Notes: generated from the letters alone by a model not told the origin. A stretch of 32,000 nt of DNA from Nostoc punctiforme PCC 73102 (GCF_000020025.1 NC_010628.1:5160001-5192000), one strand, 5' to 3'; positions 15,068 through 23,221 are shown, counted from the first letter of the stretch. Made by a program: numbers and translations.

Positions 15068-17191
15068 ATGTCTTACGAACCCCTGCACCATAAATATCGC
15101 CCCAAAAGTTTTGCTGAACTCGTGGGACAAGAGGCGATCGCTACCACCCTCACGAATGCGATCGGCACATCCAAAATCGCCCCCGCCTATTTATTCACTG
15201 GGCCAAGAGGTACGGGGAAAACTTCTAGTGCCCGGATTTTAGCTAAATCTCTCAATTGTCTCAAAAGCGATCGCCCCACTGCTGAACCCTGCGGCGTGTG
15301 TGATGTTTGTCAAGGAATCACCAAGGGTTACGCCTTAGATGTAATTGAAATCGATGCTGCTAGTAACACTGGTGTCGATAATATCCGTGAGTTGATTGAA
15401 AAAGCCCAGTTTGCTCCTGTGCAGTGTCGTTACAAGGTTTATGTAATCGATGAATGTCACATGCTCAGTACCCAGGCATTCAATGCGCTACTTAAGACCC
15501 TAGAAGAGCCACCGAGACACGTAGTTTTTGTATTGGCGACAACAGACCCGCAACGGGTGTTACCAACGATTATTTCGCGCTGTCAAAGGTTTGATTTTAG
15601 ACGTATTCAATTAGAGGCGATGGTTAAGCATTTAAGTGCGATCGCCTCTAAAGAAAATATTCATATTTCACCCGAAGCTGTAACCCTGGTAGCCCAACTT
15701 TCTCAGGGAGGGTTGCGAGATGCCGAAAGCTTGCTCGATCAATTGGGTTTGTTAGCAGGTGTTGTGACACCAGATAGAGTTTGGGATTTGGTCGGGACGG
15801 TAAGCGAACAGGACTTGCTGGGACTTCTAAATGCGATCGCTCAAGATAAACCCGAAGCAGTTCTTGACAGTACCCACAAAATTCTCGATCGTGGTCGAGA
15901 ACCCCTAACTTTTCTGCAAAATCTCGCCGCTTTCTACCGCGATTTACTCATAGCCAAAACAGCACCCAACCGCCACGATTTGGTTGCTTGTACTCAGCAA
16001 ACCTGGACGGCGTTGGTTGAGTTTGCTCAATACTTCGATATGACCATGATTTTGGCAGGACAGGAACACCTGCGAAAAGCTGAAGTGCAAATTAAAAACA
16101 GTACTCAGCCGCGTTTATGGTTGGAAGTAACATTACTAGGATTGTTACCTAGTGCAACGACGAATATTCAACCACAAGCCCCAAATATCGCGCCGCGAGT
16201 TATCCCACCTGCTGTATCTCCAAGCTATCCTCCAGCAGTTACCCAAAATCATGCAGTCTCTTCTTTACCGGTAGCGGAACCGCAAACAAATCATAATTCT
16301 ACACTTCGACAAGGCTCTGTTACCACAAACCATCATGTAGCGATTGCCCAAAATCAGCCTGTCACTTCATCTGGCGCAGTTGAACAGCAAAAAAATCACA
16401 ATTCTGCTGCAAACTCAGTTTCACCACCAACCCCAGAACCTGTTGCTGTTCCTGTACCATCTGCGATCGTTGAAGCAGTAACTTCAGAAGTTGTTGGAGA
16501 AGCACAATATGATTTAACTCAGGTTTGGCAACAGGTGCTTGCTAACCTCCAGCCAAAATCAAGGCAAGAAATGCTGCGTCAAATGAGCCAACTTATAGAG
16601 TTCGACGGTGTTATGGCTCGAATTGCTATCAAACAGGCATGGTATGACAAGGGTAAATCTTATCTACCGATGATTACGGCAGCTTTCCAGCAGACTTTCC
16701 AGCGTGAAATCCAGATAAATATAGAAAAAGGAATTTCTTCAAACTCCACTTCAGCTAAAAAAAATCCTCCGCCAAAAGACTCTAGTCGCGTTCAGCAACC
16801 AGCTACTCCTAGTTACAACCAGCAAATTTCGCCTCCAGCGCTAGTACCACAGCCAGCAACGCCAGCGCCACTAAGAACCGAGCCGCTAGCAAAAAATGGA
16901 AATGGAGCAAATGGAAATGGAGCAAATGGAAATGGAGTAAATGGAAATGGAGTAAATGGAAACGGGGCAAATAGAAATGGGGCAAATAGAAATGGGGCGC
17001 AAACTTTGCCTCCACCGCCACAGCGAACACCCGCACCTGATTGGGAAATTGATGAAGTAGCGATCGCAGCTCAACGTCTAGCAGAATTCTTCAACGGACA
17101 AATTATCCGTTTTACTGAGGATTCAACAGAATTCTCCGATTCCATAGCTACACCTGAATGGGTAGAGGAATCGGAAGTTGATGATGAATAA
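15068..17191 (+). CDS. dnaX: DNA polymerase III gamma/tau subunit DnaX
   Basis: The ORF has Walker A (GPRGTGKTS), a Cys-rich zinc module (CLKSDRPTAEPCGVCDVCQ), Walker B (VIDECHML) and an SRC motif (SRCQRFDF). A long P/Q/N-rich linker is followed by a conserved C-terminus. The start is taken at the ATG at 15068 (MSYEPLHHKYRP); a TTG at 15041 is less likely. Confidence 0.9.
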   Translation: MSYEPLHHKYRPKSFAELVGQEAIATTLTNAIGTSKIAPAYLFTGPRGTGKTSSARILAKSLNCLKSDRPTAEPCGVCDVCQGITKGYALDVIEIDAASNTGVDNIRELIEKAQFAPVQCRYKVYVIDECHMLSTQAFNALLKTLEEPPRHVVFVLATTDPQRVLPTIISRCQRFDFRRIQLEAMVKHLSAIASKENIHISPEAVTLVAQLSQGGLRDAESLLDQLGLLAGVVTPDRVWDLVGTVSEQDLLGLLNAIAQDKPEAVLDSTHKILDRGREPLTFLQNLAAFYRDLLIAKTAPNRHDLVACTQQTWTALVEFAQYFDMTMILAGQEHLRKAEVQIKNSTQPRLWLEVTLLGLLPSATTNIQPQAPNIAPRVIPPAVSPSYPPAVTQNHAVSSLPVAEPQTNHNSTLRQGSVTTNHHVAIAQNQPVTSSGAVEQQKNHNSAANSVSPPTPEPVAVPVPSAIVEAVTSEVVGEAQYDLTQVWQQVLANLQPKSRQEMLRQMSQLIEFDGVMARIAIKQAWYDKGKSYLPMITAAFQQTFQREIQINIEKGISSNSTSAKKNPPPKDSSRVQQPATPSYNQQISPPALVPQPATPAPLRTEPLAKNGNGANGNGANGNGVNGNGVNGNGANRNGANRNGAQTLPPPPQRTPAPDWEIDEVAIAAQRLAEFFNGQIIRFTEDSTEFSDSIATPEWVEESEVDDE
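16895..16999 (+). repeat. Seven tandem 15-bp units inside dnaX encoding (NGNGA)n
   Basis: The units start at 16895, 16910, 16925, 16940, 16955, 16970 and 16985 (aatggaaatggagca and variants). The array is in frame and gives NGNGANGNGANGNGVNGNGVNGNGANRNGANRNGA. Confidence 0.95.
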
Positions 17192-17228
17192 AAAAATGCA
17201 AAATTATTTTTGGTAATTTTGCATTTTT
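17192..17228. terminator. Perfect 15-bp-stem hairpin between the convergent dnaX and GT2 genes, a bidirectional terminator candidate
   Basis: aaaaatgcaaaatta (17192-17206) pairs with taattttgcattttt (17214-17228) around a 7-nt loop. T/A runs on both sides suit termination in both directions. The hairpin starts immediately after the dnaX stop. Confidence 0.65.
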
Positions 17229-17257
17229 AATTTTTAATTTTTAATTCCCCAAAGGGG

Positions 17258-18664
17258 CTATTCCACATGCCCCGTATGCAAGGTTTTCACCCATTTTAGC
17301 CGCTTTGGTCTTACTGACATCCGGGCAGTAGTACTGCTCATGACGACTAACCAGTGCAACATATATAAACTGCCACGTAGGGTTTGCACTAGCATCGTAA
17401 GATATGTAGAAAGTGAGAATTTCTGATCTTGACGTATGCGCGTTAGACCTGTGTACATCCCTACCATCGACATAGAAATGGACAAGCCTGTAATGGGACT
17501 TAACATTGGTGGACGATGACGCGCGATCGCCATTAACAAATCTGGTACTGCTGCTGTAGGTAAGATATACATAATCAGCATAAAAATCAGCAAATCCCAG
17601 CTTTTGCGCGTTCCCATACGGTTTTTGAGAATTAAATCCCAATAATCCAGATAGCGTTGATAACCGCCTTCTGCCCACCGGTTACGCTGATGCCAGAGTG
17701 CGATCGCATTTGTCACACCTTCTTCTTGCACTGCTGGATGGAAAACACACTCAATATCCCACTTATCCAAATGCAAGCGGATTGTCAAATCCAAATCATC
17801 GGTAATAGTTTCCTCATTCCAGCCACCACAGCTTTCCAAGGCTGAACGCCGGACAAATTGACCATTACCCCGCAGTTCGCCAATACCACCAAGGGCAGTG
17901 CGCTGTTGCTGAAACCAGGTATCAAGTGCCATTTCGGCCATTTGCCCCTTAGTCCAAAAGTTGTCTTTGGCGTTGGCGATCGCTTTTCGCACCTGCACCG
18001 CCCCCACCTTTTCCCTCTGAAATAAAGGTATTACCTGTTGCAGCAAATCTGGTGTCACTTGAGCATCAGCATCAAATACTGCTATGATGCCGCCCTTTGT
18101 TAGAGGCAACACCTGATTCAACGCCCCTGATTTGCCGCCACTAGCTTCTGCTGAACGCCTTAATACTTTCAGTTGATCGTATTTCTGCTCTAGTTCTGCT
18201 AATAAATGTGGCGTGCTATCACTGCTGCGATCGTCAATAATCCATACTTCATACTGCCCACCTGGATATTCCAGATTACAAAGATTTTTGACTAATTTTG
18301 CAATTACTGCCTCTTCATTTTTCGCAGCCACTAATACAGATACAAAGGGCAAATCTCCCTGTATTTCTTTTGGATAGCGACGGGATTTAGTAAACACGAC
18401 CACCAAGGCATGAAATCCTAGAATGGTGGTCAGTCCTAGAATAAATATGGAAGCCCAAGAAACTAAATGTAGAGCGATCGTGCCACTCCAGACGATAGTC
18501 AAGACTAGAGCTGCTTTGCCTCTACGACCTTGAAACCGGGATGGTAGAGACACAGGATCTGTCTCTAACACTAACTCCTCATCTACTGATAGGTCAGATA
18601 ACAAGGAGTTGAGCGGATCAAGCTCTTGATAAGAATCTTCTTCGGGCCAGGAATTCGCTGGCAT
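17258..18664 (-). CDS. Membrane-embedded processive family 2 glycosyltransferase (cellulose/chitin-synthase-like, D,D,D,QxxRW type)
   Basis: The 468-aa ORF has N-terminal TMs, a GT2 core (VSVLVAAKNEE...IIDDRSSD, FDADA, ITDDLD) and the QRNRWAEG (QxxRW) motif, followed by C-terminal TM segments. Confidence 0.85.
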   Translation of the reverse strand: MPANSWPEEDSYQELDPLNSLLSDLSVDEELVLETDPVSLPSRFQGRRGKAALVLTIVWSGTIALHLVSWASIFILGLTTILGFHALVVVFTKSRRYPKEIQGDLPFVSVLVAAKNEEAVIAKLVKNLCNLEYPGGQYEVWIIDDRSSDSTPHLLAELEQKYDQLKVLRRSAEASGGKSGALNQVLPLTKGGIIAVFDADAQVTPDLLQQVIPLFQREKVGAVQVRKAIANAKDNFWTKGQMAEMALDTWFQQQRTALGGIGELRGNGQFVRRSALESCGGWNEETITDDLDLTIRLHLDKWDIECVFHPAVQEEGVTNAIALWHQRNRWAEGGYQRYLDYWDLILKNRMGTRKSWDLLIFMLIMYILPTAAVPDLLMAIARHRPPMLSPITGLSISMSMVGMYTGLTRIRQDQKFSLSTYLTMLVQTLRGSLYMLHWLVVMSSTTARMSVRPKRLKWVKTLHTGHVE

Positions 18665-19140
18665 AGGTTAGGTTGCTTGATTCAAAAACCAGTATTTGTC
18701 TACAGTTAGTAATTTTACGGACAAATATCCCTAAGCTACTTTTCCCGATTTTTATCGGAATGGGCAAACTGCAATACCCGCTATCCCTAAGCCAAAAGCC
18801 ACCGGGACTACTTTTATTGTCACTGTCACTCTGGGTAATTACTTAGCATTAACCACGTTTACTACTCTTAAACAGAGGCTTGATTCCTGTGATACCCACT
18901 TGGGCAGGAAGCATGTAGAGCCGGACTTTCTCTAATGAGAACTCCGGTTTAGGCAAAGTGATACCAAGGTGACAGCAGCTTGTTGTTGGGAGAAACAGCA
19001 ATAATAACATCCACAACTTTATAGTGTGGGTTTTTCATGTTGTGTTATTGCGCCCATCTGCAATCAAAGTTAATGCAGCCTTATTGTAACCGAAATTTTA
19101 ATATTTCTTAGCAGTAACTTCATTTATGGAGCATGAAAAG

Positions 19141-19335
19141 AGGCAGAGGGGCGGGGAATAGTGGGACAAGGGGAAATTATTGAACAAGTCTTCCCCCTCT
19201 TCCTTGTCTCTTTTTCATGCCCAATTCCCACTTGCCCTGAGCGTAAAGCCTACGGCATAGCTTCGCTTAACGCGTAGCGTCTCGTAGAGAAGCCGTTCGC
19301 GTAGCGTCCCGCAGGGAAGGGATTCCCAATGCCAC
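19141..19335. repeat. Cluster of Nostoc-type short dispersed or tandem repeats
   Basis: A G-rich/C-rich inverted repeat lies at 19141-19210 (gacaagg...ccttgtc). Two 27-bp tandem units lie at 19271-19297 and 19298-19324 (cgcgtagcgtctcgtagagaagccgtt / cgcgtagcgtcccgcagggaagggatt), preceded by a degenerate copy. Confidence 0.6.
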
Positions 19336-19343
19336 CTGCTGCC

Positions 19344-19458
19344 CAATACTTTTCGGTTAAGGGGGAAAGGGGAAAGGGAAAGGGTTTGAATTTCCCTTTC
19401 CCCTTTAACCTTTCCCCAGACCAAAAGAGAGATTATTGGGTTTAACCGAAAAGTATTG
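19344..19458. repeat. Nested-palindrome MITE-like element of about 115 bp
   Basis: The perfect 17-bp terminal inverted repeats are caatacttttcggttaa (19344-19360) and ttaaccgaaaagtattg (19442-19458). They enclose an imperfect inner palindrome, gggggaaaggggaaagggaaaggg ... ccctttcccctttaacctttcccc. A related partial copy lies at 31663-31749. Confidence 0.7.
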
Positions 19459-19569
19459 CCCTGCTCCCCACTCTCTCTTTCTACTGTGTTCTTTAGACAC
19501 ATCTTTTGGGAACACTACTAATATCCACTAATATCCCTAGTTGCCAGCTAACTTGAGGAATATTTAACC

Positions 19570-19944
19570 ATGTCTATTGAGCAACTCCAGCCTGCTAATC
19601 AACAACAAGCCAGTGTTTACTTACCTTACGTCCAAGGCACTAAGCGCAATTTTTTACCCTATGCCATCAGTCTTTATCAAAAAGGGGTTTTGGAGGGACA
19701 CCGGAAGATAGAAGCTAGCGAACATGTCCCCTTTGTCGCATCTTGGAATGTTGCTACTTTACCCTCAGACTTAACTCGTTGCCGAATTCAGTTTGATGGA
19801 AATGCTGACTTGAGTTACGAACTTATGATGGCCAGTTTCGAGTTTATTAATTTTTTAATTGAAGTTATGGACAACTATAAACGCCATCGCTTGACCGATT
19901 TCTCACAACCGTTTTACCGCAAGCTACTGCGTATAGATGATTGA
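19570..19944 (+). CDS. Hypothetical protein (124 aa), family not recognised
   Basis: This is a clean ORF with an ATG start and a GAGGA Shine-Dalgarno-like sequence upstream. A terminator hairpin follows it. I found no recognisable motifs. Confidence 0.55.
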   Translation: MSIEQLQPANQQQASVYLPYVQGTKRNFLPYAISLYQKGVLEGHRKIEASEHVPFVASWNVATLPSDLTRCRIQFDGNADLSYELMMASFEFINFLIEVMDNYKRHRLTDFSQPFYRKLLRIDD

Positions 19945-19956
19945 TTGATTAAATTC

Positions 19957-19987
19957 AGCCGGACTTCTGCTAGTTCGGCTCGTTTTT
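19957..19987 (+). terminator. Intrinsic terminator candidate after the 124-aa ORF
   Basis: agccgga (19957-19963) pairs with ttcggct (19974-19980), including one G-U pair, around a 10-nt loop. The sequence cgttttt follows. Confidence 0.5.
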
Positions 19988-20029
19988 AAAACTATCCTAT
20001 GTGATTATAAAACTTACAACTTCTCATCT

Positions 20030-20061
20030 TAAAAACATCTTCTTCTATGAAGATGTTTTTA
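20030..20061. terminator. Perfect 13-bp-stem hairpin in the convergent intergenic region
   Basis: taaaaacatcttc (20030-20042) pairs with gaagatgttttta (20049-20061) around a 6-nt loop. The A/T runs are part of the stem on both strands. Confidence 0.45.
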
Positions 20062-20215
20062 AAGTTTAATTTATTACTCACCTGGGCAACTATTAAGTCA
20101 CAGCTACATGAAACCTTACTTACCCAACTCTATAAGTTAGAAAAACCTTGGTTTTGGTTATTTCAGGAGATGGACTCAGCTTTGTGTAGTAATCACTCTT
20201 AGTCATACAATACTT

Positions 20216-21025
20216 TCAAAATATCTTCTTAGAGCAGATGTGTTTTTTTCTTTTCAAAACCATACCAAAACCAGCTACCAAAAAGGTGCCGAGAACGCTA
20301 GCTGGTTCTGGAATAGAAGTTTCATCAATAGGTACTTTGATTCTTAAATTCGCCAGGGTAGCGTTAGTGATGTTCAAGGATGTTACTGTTGGCGAACCTG
20401 GGATATCAGACTGGAAATCAAAAACTGTGGGAGTTGAGTTACCATTGCGATCGCTATATCGCACTCCATATCCACTTACTTCAAAAGTGCCCTGATACTG
20501 CTTTCCGGTGTCTGGATCGGTGACAGTACCACTGTATAAGGCTTTTATGAAATTAAATTCATCCTGAACTACTCCTTGAAATTTGGTTCCAGCTAATTGT
20601 CCTTGGTATTTATAGGGTGTTAACTGACCACCAGAGAGAACCGGCGATGTGAGAACACCATCGAACGAGACAAAGGGAATACCTTTAAAGTCAACAAAGT
20701 AATGCAGACTTCCATCAGAGCGTGTTTCTACCTGTAAATAGTCTGACTGGTATACAGGAACATAATTAGGATTATTGTTAGTACCTAAGTTCCGGTAATA
20801 AGTTCCAGTGTCATCCGTATCAATACGAGTAATACTGTTATTGAAATTGGGATTATTTCTGGGAAGTTCGATTGTTCCTGATAATGTGCCAGTGCTTTCA
20901 ATTGTAATGAATTGAGCGGCGAAAGCACTTGCTCCACTTAAAGCGATCGTCATTGCTGCTAAACAACTTCCGCTAAGAATTGCACCACCTAGCTTAATCC
21001 CTGATGAACTTACTTTCATTAACAA
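20216..21025 (-). CDS. PEP-CTERM sorting-domain secreted protein
   Basis: The 269-aa ORF has an N-terminal signal peptide and a C-terminal PEP-CTERM signature: IPEPASVLGTFLVAGFGMVLKRKK (a PEP motif, a TM helix and a basic tail). Confidence 0.8.
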   Translation of the reverse strand: MLMKVSSSGIKLGGAILSGSCLAAMTIALSGASAFAAQFITIESTGTLSGTIELPRNNPNFNNSITRIDTDDTGTYYRNLGTNNNPNYVPVYQSDYLQVETRSDGSLHYFVDFKGIPFVSFDGVLTSPVLSGGQLTPYKYQGQLAGTKFQGVVQDEFNFIKALYSGTVTDPDTGKQYQGTFEVSGYGVRYSDRNGNSTPTVFDFQSDIPGSPTVTSLNITNATLANLRIKVPIDETSIPEPASVLGTFLVAGFGMVLKRKKHICSKKIF

Positions 21026-21287
21026 CTTGCTCCTTGAAGCGCCGATAAAAACACACCTAATGCGTTGAGATTTATTTAAAATTTTTCTCAGGCACAGTTT
21101 ATTATTCCCAAGTTTGTGAAGTAAGCTTCATCGAAAACAAAAAATATTTTGATCAAAAGCGGGAACATTTTATCTAGATTGTGATTCAATTCAAACAAGA
21201 TTTATCATAAGCCTATTAATTTTAGTTTTTTTAGCTGAATTTAACTAGCGTTTATTCTGTACAATCATGTAATGCAGATAAATTTTT

Positions 21288-21920
21288 CTAACTATTTTCT
21301 AAGCTTAATAAACTACTAATCAGTTTAGGCAAGCCACTACAGCAGGGATTTGAATGCTCAGATAATTCATTCCGTTCTATCTGCTTTGCCATCTTTTCAG
21401 CACGTTGAATTGCTTGTTCAGTTAATGATTTCAAGGGTTTTGGATATAAGCACATTGATTTGTCATAGTTGGGTATATGCTTGCCGAGTAAATTAACTAA
21501 CCTATCACGATTGATTTGTGCAAAATGGTCTTGAAAGTGAATTAGATACCAGAGTTCAAAACAAGGATTTGTAATTGCGAGATTAATCTTTTGGCTTGTA
21601 GCCCGATTTATTGCACTTTGCCAATTTTCCAGACTCTTTTCAATATGCTCATCTCCATCAAAAACAGCCCAAGCCTCATCTTCTTTACTCCACTGCTGGT
21701 TATCTTTTCTCTGCTGTCGTTCTTCGATGAGTCTTTCAACAATGCTACGTGGATCAGTTTTGTTTTGATGAGGCAATACAATAATATCTAAAGTTGATGA
21801 ACGTAATTCATTGCGGATACTATTGAAATAAATTGGTTCTGTTTTACTTCCTTCACAAGCAATTAGTATTTTCTGAGCAATATTCCTGCTAGGTGGGCGA
21901 CGATTTAACTTTCTTGGCAC
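21288..21920 (-). CDS. RloB-like (AbiLii-like, Toprim-related) protein
   Basis: The 210-aa ORF carries the family hallmarks ILIACEGSKTEPIYF, an acidic AVFDGDEH motif and NPCFELWYLIHF. The GTG start at 21918-21920 overlaps the upstream ATPase gene by 16 nt. Confidence 0.85.
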   Translation of the reverse strand: MPRKLNRRPPSRNIAQKILIACEGSKTEPIYFNSIRNELRSSTLDIIVLPHQNKTDPRSIVERLIEERQQRKDNQQWSKEDEAWAVFDGDEHIEKSLENWQSAINRATSQKINLAITNPCFELWYLIHFQDHFAQINRDRLVNLLGKHIPNYDKSMCLYPKPLKSLTEQAIQRAEKMAKQIERNELSEHSNPCCSGLPKLISSLLSLENS

Positions 21921-23221
21921 TGCTCATCACCCTGTAAAATCATTTCCTCTTCAGATGGGAGAAACGGAACGGCTCCAAAACGACCATCTAAATAAGCTTT
22001 ATCAATTGCCAAATCATTTCGCACATGGAAATCAGTCAAAGGATACAACTCAGTGCTTTGATCATCTCGCTTTTGTGTAAACCAAATTTGATCGCGGCGC
22101 AATAAGTTATTTCTTTGTAATGTATTATCGTGACTAGTTAAAATAAATTGAGCGCGTTTGGGATTTGTTTTAGGATTTTGAAATCTTCTGATAATACTTC
22201 TTACAATATTAGGATGAATGTTTGTGCCTAATTCGTCGACAATTGTCAATCCTCCTATTTTAAGAGCTAGTACTATCCGAAATGCTAAACTAAATAAGCG
22301 TTGAGTTCCAAGAGATTCTTCATCAAAAAGCCAAGCCACTAAATTACCGTCATGGGTATTATGTATAGCATATATATTGTAGTCACTTGGATCATCATGT
22401 TTCTTTACCATATCGATTCTTGACAATCCTGTGTCAAATTTTAGTACAATTTTCAATGCTTCTTCAAAAATTTCATTTACTATGGGATTATCAGTACCTT
22501 GCAGTAATGTAATCGAGGTAGTATCGTACTTTTCATTTCCCAAATTAATTCCAAGCCAGCGAGCTTTTAACCAGCGTAAAAAAGACTCAATTACATCTAC
22601 CTTTAGTTTTACTAATGTACTAATAAATAAATCATTTTCTCTAATATTATCCTGGAGTTGATTATGGGAGCCAGCAAAATCGTCCCCAGTTTTCCAGATA
22701 AATTTTTTACTAATTTCATCCCATTGACGATTAAATAAACGACGAGTCCGCTTAGTTGTGTTTAAAGCATAATCTAACTTTTCTGAGATTATATGATTTT
22801 GATTGATTACTAGGGAATAAGTATAAATATTATTATCTAACAAAGTTCTTAATTCAAATCTTGTAGGTTTTTGAGCAGAGATGCTATCTAACTTGAAAGG
22901 ATCTAGTTTTACATGTTTTAAAATTCTCTGGAATGCAACTGCTTGTTGTGTGCCATAAGCCATCATGATTAGTAGATAATCCAGAGCTTGGATAACATTA
23001 CTCTTGCCTGAAGCATTAGCTCCAAAAATTGCAAGAACAGGTAAAAGTTCAATGTCCCACCCTTCAACATGATATCCAGGTGCAATTTCATGATCTGACT
23101 TTACCCGTTTACGTTTGCTGCTTTGGCTTGTCTGACGATCGCTTTGTTTTTGAGCAACCGCACTTAGGGTTACAGGTTCTTTAATTGAGCGGTAGTTTTC
23201 GACTGTAAAATCTACAAGCAT
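21905..23221 (-). CDS. ABC-type (AAA_15/AAA_21-like) ATPase, AbiLi/AriA-like
   Basis: The 438-aa ORF starts MLVDFTVENYRSIKE. It has Walker A (GANASGKSN), a signature-like ESLGTQRLFSLA, Walker B (LTIVDELGTNIHP) and an H-loop (ILTSHD). Confidence 0.85.
   Translation of the reverse strand: MLVDFTVENYRSIKEPVTLSAVAQKQSDRQTSQSSKRKRVKSDHEIAPGYHVEGWDIELLPVLAIFGANASGKSNVIQALDYLLIMMAYGTQQAVAFQRILKHVKLDPFKLDSISAQKPTRFELRTLLDNNIYTYSLVINQNHIISEKLDYALNTTKRTRRLFNRQWDEISKKFIWKTGDDFAGSHNQLQDNIRENDLFISTLVKLKVDVIESFLRWLKARWLGINLGNEKYDTTSITLLQGTDNPIVNEIFEEALKIVLKFDTGLSRIDMVKKHDDPSDYNIYAIHNTHDGNLVAWLFDEESLGTQRLFSLAFRIVLALKIGGLTIVDELGTNIHPNIVRSIIRRFQNPKTNPKRAQFILTSHDNTLQRNNLLRRDQIWFTQKRDDQSTELYPLTDFHVRNDLAIDKAYLDGRFGAVPFLPSEEEMILQGDEQCQES

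Noticed and set aside
16757-16764. A8 run in dnaX as a possible programmed frameshift or slippage site producing a gamma subunit
   Set aside because: It lies at about residue 570, far beyond the clamp-loader core. The -1 frame stays open for about 30 codons instead of terminating promptly. No downstream stimulatory hairpin was evident.
13077-16999. Tandem repeats considered as a possible CRISPR array
   Set aside because: The repeats are contiguous with no unique spacers, are in frame within coding sequence, and no cas genes are present.
16809-17074. Minus-strand ORFs with HFHLLHFHLL and ISICSISI repeats
   Set aside because: They are antisense to the (NGNGA)n 15-bp repeat within dnaX. The open frames are maintained only by repeat periodicity.
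15068-17191. Possible intein in dnaX, as known for the dnaX gene of Synechocystis
   Set aside because: The ATPase core motifs are contiguous, and there are no intein splice-junction or endonuclease blocks. The extra length comes from a low-complexity linker.
17241-17678. 145-aa minus-strand ORF overlapping the 3' part of the GT2 gene
   Set aside because: It is in an alternative frame of a gene whose own frame shows strong GT2 motifs, and it has no independent support.
18900-19010. Minus-strand GCCUAAACCGGAG...UCCGGC, which resembles part of a c-di-GMP-I (GEMM-I) riboswitch, upstream of the glycosyltransferase gene
   Set aside because: Only one short segment matches. The other conserved GEMM-I elements (GGCAAAC, ACGCAAAGC, the paired P1 helix) were not found. 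The region is kept only within the general flag on the long non-coding interval.
19215-19502. 95-aa minus-strand ORF
   Set aside because: It is composed entirely of dispersed and tandem repeat sequence (the 27-bp units and the nested palindrome). Its peptide (..LRERLLYETLRVKRSYAVGFTLRAS..) is typical of repeat-derived pseudo-ORFs, and there is no start-site context.
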